Below are positions 49,791-61,759 of a stretch of 64,000 nucleotides of DNA, in pieces. Source of the stretch: Haplodiscus bocki (Eukaryota). The stretch spans positions 35,464,001 through 35,528,000 of the forward strand of contig OZ296649.1 in the NCBI GenBank assembly GCA_965655095.1, in the 5' to 3' direction. How positions within the stretch are numbered: position 1 is the stretch's first letter; each line of letters begins with the position of its first letter. The translations under genes were made by a program, and so were the position numbers. Below the pieces are notes generated by a model. It had not been told where the DNA came from and ran no database searches. It saw nothing but the letters and a program-made list of their open reading frames with translations.

Positions 49791-50999
49791 TTTCACCGGA
49801 AAGTACCTGGAAGAAGAATTTTCACGAGATCGGTCTACAGACATTAATTAATCAGGCGTGATTGTTGATCTCTGATGTGAATGTAAATCCTTCACACTTG
49901 AAGTAAAGCGTAGATCTTTCAGTAAGAGAGTTCCAACTTTGCGCCAGCCACCCAGAAGAAGCGTTCACCAAACTGCTTATAAGATCAGGTAAATCATAAA
50001 CATCACTATTTAATAGGTTTATCACAACATATAGGCTATGCAATATGAATCTTTTTCCTCCCTCAAAGATCTCACTTATTGCGATAAATCATTGATAGGT
50101 CTGAAGAGAATGATGATAAGGACGAAAACCTGCTCAACTGCTGATGCCATCACTATCCCATTTAGCGAGGGCCAGTTGGAAGTTCAGCCAATAACATTGC
50201 AAACTCTCTGCGATTGGAGCACAACATAGAAGCTTGTAAGTTTTGCATCCTTCAGGAAAAAAAACAGTCGCTAAGCTGCTTAGCGCAAAGCTCGGGAAGG
50301 CACCCAACCTGTTGATTACGTCGCTGACCATGCTTATGCATTACCAGAGCATGTAGCAAAATCCGGGTACAGAACAACCAGATAACACCGGAGGTTCAAA
50401 GCAACTATCATAACTTGAAACAGAATTTAGCTGAAAGAAAATTTTGCCATCTCAGAAGTCAGCGAAAGACAACCGCTGTTTGACAAATGCCGTCAGGGCA
50501 GCAAGCTTGCAAAAGTTGACAACTAGGGCGTTAATTTAAAAAAATATGAATCCGAAAACAATAAACTTTTCCAAAAACACGTGTTTTCTTGATTAATTTA
50601 AAAAAAAAACTCAACTACTTCGCGCAACCCAAAGGTCATGAACACAGGAGATCCTGAATGTTATCAGGAAACACAAATTTGAGGCAATTTTTGAGTTCAT
50701 GAAAGTCGTAAGTAGTGAAGGCAGGGGGGTTTGCGGCAATTTTTGACTCCGAAACCGAAAAATTTCGGAGTCAAAAAAGTCTCATTATAGGCAGTCCCAA
50801 TCTCGTCAAAGTGCAAAATCCGTACAAAGTCAATCGAAACTGAAGTTTGTTGACTGAGTACACAAAAGTGATCCAACTGTGAAATTTAGTTGACAATTGA
50901 AAATTTCTACGAAGATTTGACAGTTCTTTAGACTAGCTTTTGAAAAAATTTGACATCTCTTCGCGCGCTATCCAATATTTGACAAAAACTTCTATATTG

Positions 51000-53900
51000 G
51001 CAGAAATCATACAAGTTTTGGAGAAACCCATCTTTTCCTCAAAAAGTCTAGCTTTTGCACATCATCTTTTCTTTAATGTGCTATAAGTGAGAAAATGGCA
51101 AACAGCGTCGCAAACTAAACTTTACGGGATCCACTCACTGCTTCACCCAAAGCTTTATTTTGCATCGTTTTTTCTTACTATCTGAAATACACTACCTTTT
51201 GAATGTTTGAGGAGCTTTTTACTTTAGATAGTACTGGCAACTTCTCCTCCTAAACGGATTCAGGAAACCCTTCGTCTCCTAGCATTGGCGGAAAGCCAAC
51301 GGGAGCGTCCACAGTGTTCAATGGTCCAAGTGACATATCAATGTCGGCTGATTGAAGCTTCCAGACAAACATCTAACGCAAAAAATCATCTCGCATCTTT
51401 TTATATGGAGCGGTTTGTTTCATGGTCCTTCATTTATGGTTTCACCAGTCAAATCTCTTTTTTTAATCTTTCAAACGCCTTTCAGCACCATAAATTACAA
51501 GTGAGCTACTATTTTCTGTTTCCGAGGATCTTTGACAATGAAAACAAGTCGTAATTTTGAAAATACGCCGAAAAACACCTTTTTTTCAAAAAGTGAAATA
51601 CTGGCTATAAATTTGCGCTGGCATTTTCTGTTTTTTTAAGGAATCAAAAATTTCAAGTTTCCAAATATCAACTGCGGTTGCTTCAAGTAAACTGAAAAAC
51701 TGATTAGTATGATGAAAAAAGAAATAGTGTAGGCAAACTTTCCGTTTTTCAAAAAGCGCTACTTTTGTTTTCTGCGAGATCAAGAGAACGTTTTTTGTTA
51801 GTGTCGTGTATTTCACTTTCGTCAAAAGATTCATCCATCAAACTACAACAAACAGCACCTTGCCTTGCTAGCAACAGTTTTGAAAACTTTTCTCACCCAC
51901 CTAATTTCCAGACTCAGACTCGAACAGTATGGAGACTACTAGCTAAATTTTCAAGGAAACACATTTTGGACATTGATTCTTCTTAAATGCTGGAATGAAA
52001 AGTGTTCGTGGAAAGTTTGGTCCAAGTTTCTCTTTTTTGTTTTTGAAGCGGATTTCAAAATGTTTCAAAAGCCTCCTTCCATTTTAATGGTACTTCACTG
52101 TGAACACTTTGTCATGAACAGAACGAGAACTTACCGGAAAACTCCAGTCTTTGCCAACAGTTGGCATGGATTTGGATGGGATTTCTACTCTTGTGCTTTT
52201 AGATTCAAACATCACTTCCTGGGTTTTGTTTTTTGGTTGTTGTAACGTTTTGACAGAACAGATTTTGGAAGCAGAATTACCTTAGTGAAGATTTCATTGT
52301 GCTAATTCAATTTTTGTTTTCCAGCTCCCATTGCTTTTTTCATCAAATGTTCAATTGATAACGCTCGTCTACCACCCTTAATTTTGATGTCTTTTTAAAA
52401 AGCAAAGGTACATCTTGAATCTTTCAGCAGTTTACACTGAAACTTTTACTGTGTGTCAACCTGTTTTTGTGCCGCTGAACATTTGTACATTAAACGTTAT
52501 GACAGTTCGGAAACTTGAAACAGATTGTTGATGTGTGTTTGCAGTAGAATTCGTTTTGAGAAAAAATTAAAAAAATTGTTTTTGAATAACGTGAAACTAA
52601 CTTTGGACTGCTGCCACTGTGCTGTCTGGGCTTGATCCTGAAGGCGGTGCATTATTTCATTTTTGTTTGGATGTTTGATTTCAAAAATTTTGAAGACATT
52701 TTCTTGTAATCGAAGTTTTTTTCAGAAGGTCATTCGGTTCAAGCTCATGCTTAGTTTACATCCAACTACAACCTCAAAGTGGTTATTAGATTAGCCTTAG
52801 ACTGATCCTTTAATATATAGTTGAACTTGAAGAACTATAACACTTTCAGCTGCAACATGCGTGAAGTGTGGCTTTTTGGGAAAAAATCTGTGTTTTTAGT
52901 GGCGTGAAACTAACGTAAGTGTTCCAAAGCATGGTTTTGAGCTCACCAGGATTCGTACAAATAACGTTTGATTTAACTTGGATCAATTTTCTTCGTGAAT
53001 GTGCAAAAAGCACCATTTTCAGGACGTTGGTGTGCCAATTTCTTAGACTTGTGCTCAAATAATTTCCAATATGGTTCAAGGGCTCCTCCAGACCTATGGG
53101 TCAATTGTTTACGTAAAGTCAAAGCTCTGGAGCATGTGATTCAAGCTTAACGTATTTTCGGCGAAATACTATGAGGATTTCTTCGACAGCTCTTTCGTTT
53201 TTTGCTTTTATGTTTCGGAATATTTGTAAAGCCCTTTTCCTCAATTGTGCGTGAAAATGGTTGACTTTCATTGTCTCCGTCATTTCGGGTTGGATATTAA
53301 ACATTGCAAAATAAAAATCTTCGAATAGTTCAATTTTTCCATTTGCCCATCAAACATTATTGTCTTTGCTGATGCTGGTTTTGTTTTTGCAGATGTTGTA
53401 GGTCATTGCTGTGATGCAATCCCCCCATTGCCTCTGCTAATCTGTTAATTGAAGTGTTATGGTCAAACGATGCTCATCACTGGGTGTTTTCGACTATAAG
53501 CAATGTGGTGTCTCGTGACATTTGACTAATGTTGTTTTGTTGTCATGTGGGTTCACGGTACGCTGGAACGTGCCCAGGGAGGAATTCAGGATTTTTTTGT
53601 GGGGTTCTTGTCCTGTCACCGCTTGATGAGCGTGTGTTTGCTGTTGGTTTTTTTTGTTGACCAACAAACGAACTTAATCTACGCTAAAAATACCACGAGT
53701 CTCATCAAATCTATTTAAATCCGTACGTGAGTTTATTCTACTAGAAGCAGTCATCCGTAGGCCTCCGATGTTTCTTGAAAAATGCGTCTGGTCAGGTTCT
53801 AATACGTTACCGTAAACACTCCGTTCTGAATGCGCAATGGCTGGCAAAACAGCCGATTCCACTCTAGGAAATACTATAATTTCTATTGCAGTCAATACCG

Positions 53901-54300
53901 CGTCTTGGACTCTAGTTGCGACTGATGGCATCACATTGACAACTTCACTTCGCACTTTGCTAGCAATAGTTTCCTCAAGTGTATGTATATCTACTTGTGG
54001 GTAATTATTCCGAGCTGGGTTGCCTGCATTGTCAAGAAAAGTACCTCTACGTAACATGTTTTCTCTATTTTGAGTTTGCTCATCCTGATGGCTTTGCCTA
54101 ATCATAACATCAGTGTCTATTTCACTTAGCTGGCTGAAAAGCTTCTTCTTCTGTTGCTTTTTCTTTCTGGTAAAAACCTTTTCAACTTCAACAATCAAAT
54201 TAACTAATAATAATGGAGAAAGCAATACCGATCAACAGAAAATAATTATCAATCACAGAAATGAGAAAACGAAATGATTTAGAGTGTTTCCAGAATCTAC
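51000..54300 (-). pseudogene. Decayed Gypsy-like gag(-pol) remnant
   Basis: QPEMTETMKVNHFHAQLRKRALQIFRNI...EEILIVFRRKY (53304-53119) is gag capsid-like; upstream ORF 54225-53674; downstream sequence is highly degraded; boundaries approximate. Confidence 0.5.
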
Positions 54301-55429
54301 TTATTTTAACAGTTGCTTTTTTTGTTAAGTCCTGTTTTTGGGCCATTGTCGGTCGCGACTTCTCTGATGACCTTTCATTCGGCTTCCAATTAAGATCTTT
54401 TTCAAGACGTCACAAGTAAATCTGCAACTGAAACTGAAGATATAAATAACATCAAAGGAATTGCACCGCTTTTACATGACGTCAATGTTGTAAATAAAGA
54501 CAAGGTAAAATAACTCGAAATGGTATACAAATGGTTTTGCTGTAAAAACTTGTTTCCATAAAAAAACGCATGTGTTCAAATATAAAGGCCTCAGTGGGGT
54601 CAATATAACTACTTATGGGGTTGAAGGTTGTGCCCAGACGATTTTGGTAGCATTTTGAGACCGTTTAAGTACTTGGAACAAAATTATAAAGCGTGACTGG
54701 TGTTTGTCTACATGGCTAGTTCAAAGACCGCTCAATGAAAGTTCTTTTGACCGACATTCACAACACAGCTCCAAAGTGATAAGTTATTGATCAGAATGAT
54801 ATTTATGGACCCCAAAGTGTTCTATTCGTGTATAAAGACAGTGCTTAGCAGTCTTGCTCCGTTAAAAGAAATATCAAATGACATTCATGGACACAACAAA
54901 TTTTTAGTAGTAATTTGAATACTTACATAAGTAACAATTCGTTTTGACTTATTCAGTGTAGGGTTGCTCAATGAAAGGTTCTTTTTATAGCTAGAGCTCT
55001 TTTATTGTACCAAGGAAGTTGCTCACGGCACTTTACAAGTCCTAGGTTGGTTGCTTCTCTGTGTTGGACTTTGTTTTTTTTGGGTAGATCCTGAGCCGGT
55101 CAGAAGACCGGGCGTTGACTTACTTTGTTTCTCTAGCTTCATTCAGCGCCGGTCCAAAAGTAGTTAACGTTTGCTAATTTGACCGCAAATGGACTTTGAG
55201 TACTGAGCACCACCAGAATCAAATAAATAGAAATAAACTATTAGCCAATCAGAAAAGAGTACCGCCAAAATTGGTTGTTCGCGTCGTGGTACAGTGTTTA
55301 GACTTGTTCTTGCCTGTTATTTGACATTTGCGTCTAACGCATGGATTTATTTTACATATGTATTTATACAAGATAGTATTTACAAGCAATGTAATCTATA
55401 TTTAGTAATATTCAGAAGTTTCAGCTATT

Positions 55430-57286
55430 GCTAACATCTTGAAATGGGAGCAAAATAGCTCCGTGGTTTCCATTGTGGACATTTTCAAACGTAATATCAA
55501 TCACTTGCCCGTCGCAAGCGGCAGCTGGCGACAGAAGCCTCCTCGGCAACCAAAACTATGAATTCGGAAGAATATAGTCACATCCTGCAAAAAACATCAA
55601 AAACTAACTGGAATTGAGAAAAGACACCGCCAAGACGCTATATCGAACCACATTCAAAATGTTGTCGAGCTTCTTCGGCGGAAGAAACTGAGTCAATTCT
55701 AGCTGTAGAACTCGTTTAAAACAATGAACACCAATTGCACCTTCAAAATCACAACGGAATTCACATTGAAATTTTGTAATTCGGAAGGCACCAAACACCA
55801 ACAAACCCTTCAAAAAATTCGTGTCCTAACTGTCGAGAAGAGAATGATACCTTTCTTGAAAAAAAGCATGTGCTATGGGGATATCACATAACTACATTGA
55901 GACATAGAGAATTTGTATGAATTTTCAATCAGAGGTACCTTGAAGAAAACTTTCCCAATGTGAGACTTCAGCATAAACACCGCGAGAAGCACCGCATCAC
56001 CTGAAGCAAAAAGTTTAACTACGTTTTTTAATTGCGAGAGAATGAAGCCCATTCCTAGCCCTAACAGAATTAGAAGGAGCAACACCCAAAAAGCATGAAA
56101 GACACTCAAACAAACGGATGTGGTTTCGAACAGTGTTCCTCGGGAGTCGTTCCGTGAGTAATATGGTGGAGATTCGACAATTTTGCTGCAGTTTAGGACA
56201 CACAGTGGTATTTGGTTGGTATGAATACAAAAAATGAAGAAACTTTATGAGAAAAAACTCAAAAAAAGAGGATCTCGGGGTTACAGTTATCCTGAAAGTC
56301 AAATAAAACTTAACAAAGCTAACAATAACCAATTGTCCAAATTGCTGTGTTGGTTGAAATCTAGAAAAACTTTTAAACTCACCGTTATTGAAGAAACAAT
56401 CCTGAAAGTTGAATGCCTAATTGCAGATGCCCAATGGAATTTGCTTGCTTATGGACCAATGGGACCTATTAGAGGGCAGAGGTTATATTTTTGAGTCCTG
56501 TTTTTACATTAAGCTTGAAAATGATGAAAAATTCACTGCAGTCGACGGATCCTTTTTCAATCGAGCGGCCTGCTGTGGTATTTTTCCCACTTTTTTCCAA
56601 CCATTCGATCACAAAAGAGTTGAGATTTTTTGATATTTTTCGAGTTAAATTCGACATACGTCAATGCCCGCTGCATTTCTTAATTTTGACCCTCATTTTC
56701 TACAAAATCATTTGTACGATACGTTTGCCTATTTCTTAGCTGTATTGACAAGGTCGTAGTTCACCGGGGCCACTTCAATCGACGACCGTAAAACATCACA
56801 AGTTTTGGGGAGATGAGATTCATTTGATAAGATGATAAGAGTGTTGAGAAAAAATCAGATGAGAGATGATGACTGAATTTTAAAACCTTCGCGTAACGAA
56901 TGGTTAAAATTTCTGCTGTTTAAAAACATGAGTTTGTTTTTCACAGTTCTCAGTTCCATTTTAGAATAAAAATTTTCACGGGAACTTTCACCCACGGGGT
57001 CGGGGTCTCAACTGCGTGAGAAACGCAACAAAATGTAATTTTGAAAGAATTATCATTTAGAGTTACAATCAAGACAAAACAAAACTGTCTAGATGGCAAT
57101 TCAAGTGCGGGGCCGGAGTGATATTAATCAAAAAGAGTATAAACAAATCGAAACAAGAATCTTCATCAATTTCACTTCTTTTTTTCGCTTATTTTTGTTT
57201 CAGTTTGCTTTTTTGCTTTTGTCTAGGTCCGGTATACTCACTCCATTCCATGTGATAAAGCTTCATGGTAATCAGAAATGTTAGCT
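55430..57286 (-). repeat. Putative 3' LTR of the right-hand element
   Basis: Follows PPT agcgggggga (57296-57287); begins AGCTAACAT; an inverted match gctaacat lies at 55430-55437. The far boundary is tentative. Confidence 0.45.
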
Positions 57287-58861
57287 TCCCCCCGCTGGAA
57301 CCTGAAAAGTATTGATGAGTGGAGAACGCAAACAAAGAAGACCAAAGAAGCAGGTCAAGAGCTTCAGGAGAGCATAAATTTATGGGTATAGTTGCAACGT
57401 CCGTTTTCAGTAAGAAAACCGTTTGCTTAACTAGGTGTGCACAAAGGGCAAGGCAGGTGATTGTCGTGTAGCTCCTGCAAACCGGTCAACCCACTGTGGT
57501 CATTAGCTGCTCGATGGACTGGTTGTGTGAACACTCGTTTAATATTCTTGACAAAGGTTATTAGGCGGGAAGCAGCAAAAGCTTCGTCTGTCGTGGAACC
57601 CGTCTTGTCCTGTGCAGGTGCGCATGAGGGTGTTGGCGTATTGGGATAACGTGGCCGTATCTCCAGAATTTTTACAACGATGATAATGATAGAGAGTATC
57701 ATCTGGAGTAGAGGCAGCAGACAGGTCAGTGCGCAAAGAATGAAGATTTGACTGCAGCAGTTTGCTTAGCGCTTTGATTAGGAGTTGTCTGCATGGCTCA
57801 ACCGAGTGCGCAAAGAGTGGATCTCCTCAGTTTAATTAAAGGAATCTTTCATGAGACTGTTATGGGTAGGGCTTAGATCTTGCTAGGAAACGGGCAGCCG
57901 TTGAACATCTGTGGTAAACTTGTCTTTGGACGTATGAGCATCAATCAAGGCCTTTTCAGATTCGGAGTACATATCACAGTAGATATGGCTTCTTGGCGGT
58001 CTTCCTTCAAAGTGGTCTCAGTTTGGTTAAGTGACGAAAATTCAGTGTTAAGATTAACCCATGTGTAATGAGTGGTTGTTCTGTCGAAGTCTGCCCGGAC
58101 AGACACGTCAATGACTTCTGCATCAGCCTGTATAGAAGTGTCCTCGACGTCGGGCAACACAGCAGGAAGAAAAGTTGTGGGAAAAAACAGTTGTCGGAGA
58201 AAAAGTTAACCGAGTCCGCAGATTCTGCAGTGGGATTCTGAGGGCAACTTAATTTGGTGAATCGAACGCATCGGGCGATACCGCGTAATACCTTTTTTGA
58301 ACGTAGACGGTGTCAGACTCAAAGCGAACCTTAGTGACACGGTTCTGTAGGTTTTTTACTGAGAAGACGTGATCGTTGACGGCAAAAGGGTGGACGCGAC
58401 GAGAACTCGTGAGGACATTCGATTGAACTGCGGGTGGACAGTTGAAGAAGTTGAAAGACGACCTGAAACAATGGGACGAATACATCAGGAGAAAAATACT
58501 TAGAATTAGATAAGTAATCGTAAATAGGACATAAGAAAAGAGAAAATAGTGAAACTTGCATACAGGAACGTATGTTAAGCAAGGATAATGTCATGAAGAA
58601 GGGGACGTGAGCATGAAAATGTGGTTTGAAGTGCTGAAAAGCGTCTGGATGAATGGCACTAAATCATGCCAAGAGCACTGGTATGGAAAACCAGAGAACA
58701 ACGTCGAAGATCTTGAACTCGGAAACGTGTTGGAAGGGCATCACGAAAAGTGATGACAAGAAGTAAAAGAGACTGGTAAAGAGGAAGGGGTATAGTAAGG
58801 TGACTGTTTCATGTGGAGGTTTCAGTATAGATAGAAGCAATAAAGGAACGGTACAAAAGAT

Positions 58862-61000
58862 TCAACGAAGGAGTATGTTTAGAAAAGTTAGTATGAGGAG
58901 GGGCGTTCTCATGGGGGTGCGTAGAATGAAGAAAAAAGTTCGGGTTGACAGAAAGCGTTTGATGTAGGGCTGCCTGTGCAAGAGCCTGTGGAGCCTGGAC
59001 TTCAGAAACAGAAAAGTAATGAAAAGAAGATTCCTTTTCGGTGTAAGGATTGCCTTCCACAAAGTGCATAAATCGTCTCGAGGTGCCACGGAAGAAGTTT
59101 CGGGGTGCGTGAACAACCGCCTCCACTGTCGGAGAAAAAGCGTGAAACCAATGCACAAAGTCAGGACTGAGAGGGCGATGGAGATGAGGTAAAAACGGAC
59201 TGCTGTGCGGGTAGGGAGACAGGAGAACAGAGCGGCTGATGTGGTTTGAGGTATGGATGACTGACACTGTGCGATGGTTCGAGTGAGTTCAACAACGGTA
59301 TCACTAGACATGCGCTTAACGTTAGAGAGTTCTGCTAAGTCAAGGCAAACACTACTGAGGATGGATTGACATGCTTCATCAAGAGAGTACCTGAGAAGAT
59401 TGTGAGTAGCCTGGCGAACATGTTGGACGAATTGTTCGAAGGGTGGTGTAAGCTGGATGGAGGCGAGTAAAGGCTCCAGGTTGGTTTTGCAAAAAATGAT
59501 GATGAGTTCCAATGCTCCTTGGTTAAACAAGAGTGTACAGAAAGTAGAGAAACCAGTACCACTATCAATTTTCATTCAAATATTACGGTCACGAGAGATA
59601 ATACGATATATGCCATCAGCTGAACAGAAGTCTCGAGGGGCGTCCTGTAGGACAACAGATTCAACTTTACAATTACGAGGGACAGGAATGTCGTTTTTTT
59701 TATAATAGAAGGAAGGCAAAGAAAGAAGTGTTTCGTCAATTGTAGTGGAAAAAAATTGACGGCAAACTTTAGTGAGATTGCTTCTTGAGTGTCTTTGAAG
59801 ACTGAAAGCGCTGAGTTCAACGAAATGAGATTTATCGGTGGAGACTGCATCAAAGGTGTTCGGAAATTGGTACAGGGAAGCCGCATCGCCATCGTCGTTA
59901 GGTTGGTAAGGAGGAATTCCTTGAAAGATATTGCAGGCCTCTATGGGATTTTCAAGGACAGCAGAGGTACCCGTGGAAAGGAAAGCGACTTTTAAGACCA
60001 ACTGAGCATCATAATAATAAATTGCTTCTTGGCCGGTACGGATAGGAGTGGAGTGTTATCACCCTCGCATGGACTCGAAATTGACGAGCTCTTTCGATAA
60101 CATAGCCAACTGACAGGAGACGAGAAATTGAGATGTAACGTAACCAGCTTTGAGTGAGGAGGTTGTGGAAAAGAGGACAATTTTGTCTCCAAATTAATCG
60201 GCTCGGTAAGCTTATATGTTTGTGTACAGTGTTCCCAAATGATCCACGTGGTTTCGGCTCTGCCGAACAAAGATCATATTTTGTGTGAGGTGTACAGTGC
60301 CTGCGGACAATGCAACAGTTACGCCTTTAAATTCAAGTAACTCAGTTTGAAGGAGTTTCTACGGACCACCACATTTTTCCGTTACTTTCTGTACACTTTT
60401 TTATGTATTTCTTCAGTTCCCAGAATAAACAACTTCTCGTCGTTCTTTGTCCGTACCCATTCCAAAAAACCATGGAAGTGTTTTTGAATCGACATAACTT
60501 GGCCAAAAATTGCTTCCAGATCTTGTTGTTGGTGCAAAGATTAAAATTGGAGAGAGCTGAAGGTGCAGCTTCTTTCATTGGATTTCCATGAACCAGTCCT
60601 GTGGCACCTGCGGCCGCAGCTACTAGTTGCACTGCACGTTTGCTGCGGGCTGTGCCATGCTCATGCTTCGCAAAACTAGGCAGAAACCTCGGCCAAATGT
60701 TTTTGATCTGTGTGTGCAGCCTTGATCTCTTTTTGTATCAGGGAAAATATTACCATCCATCTGGTCAATTAGTTGGTCATATAAAGTGCCCATGCGCTCT
60801 GTTCAACAATGTCTGATTGTAGCCATGCCAGTCATCGAGTCGGTGTTGCCTCGTGTATGAAGAACTGCATAGTCACCAGTTAATTTGATCAAGGGAATCT
60901 TGGGGAACGGTGAAAACACACGAGCCTGGTTCTTACTCTCTGGCTTTATTGCCTGTTACTTGAAATAAAATGCAGCACATTTCCTAAACAAAAGTTTGTC
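58862..61000 (-). pseudogene. env: Envelope glycoprotein, class I fusion type (baculovirus F / errantivirus / paramyxovirus F-like), frameshifted
   Basis: Furin-type RSKR (60647-60636) followed by AVQLVAAAAGATGLV; Cys-containing ectodomain fragments; TM FYLISIALSVLTLCIGFTLFL followed by RQWRR. Confidence 0.7.
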
Positions 61001-61759
61001 CTTAGCTTCGCTGAAATGGGTGGTAAAGTGAAGATCTGCGAGAAGACCACGGAATGGAGCATAGGAAAGAAGTAGAGACAAAGTGGCTTGTCACGGCTTC
61101 TGACGTGCAAGGCTCCTGAAGAAACGGAATACCAGGAAATGACTCGGCACTGATAGTTGGCTGTGACGAAGTCTTAGTGCGGGCTACAAACATTCAATGG
61201 AATTCCGATTTTTTGGATTTCTTTGGGGACAAAACGCCAATGAGATCGCGTGGTTAACGAGTTTCGTGGAGTGGTTCCACTTTGAGTTGGACTGTTGTGC
61301 TTTGTCGAAGAGTACGTGCGGGAGGGCAATGTAGATTTTGGCCAGCTTTTTGAAGATGGCGCTTAGCCTTCTGGATGATGCTGTTGACAAGGAAGAGACA
61401 AAGTTCGATCGATGGGAGGCCGTAAACTAGCCAAAGCACGGTTGTTCATCAACAGACGGAACTGAAGTTGGTTCACAAAGGAAAGTAATGGGTGGGGACG
61501 ATGTTTTTGCCGGGATGTTGGAGGCATTCGAGGAATCAAGCGAAGACCGCGGAGACCTGAAAGGACGTGAATGGGATATAATCGAACCAGCAGGGCTCGA
61601 TGGAGGGGGCGGTTTTTTGGGGAAGGTACTAGGCAAGTTGGCGGCACGCTGCAAGAAGATTACAACACAAAGATCGTGGTTAATGGGCCTTGAAGGCTGC
61701 TGCGTCGGGTTTTTTCCGTTGACAGGTTGATGCTCGGGTATGCTAGTTGGGCGAAGAGG

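Larger units (their letters stand above)
46564..50400 (-). mobile_element. CR1/L2-group LINE, near full-length but frameshifted; 5' boundary approximate
   Basis: ORF1-like, APE endonuclease and RT fragments in the correct order, with a microsatellite tail. Confidence 0.85.

Noticed and set aside
54350-55050. Penelope GIY-YIG remnant on the minus strand (CVVNVGQ..., EAFI)
   Set aside because: Only faint motif resemblance with stops; not enough to call.
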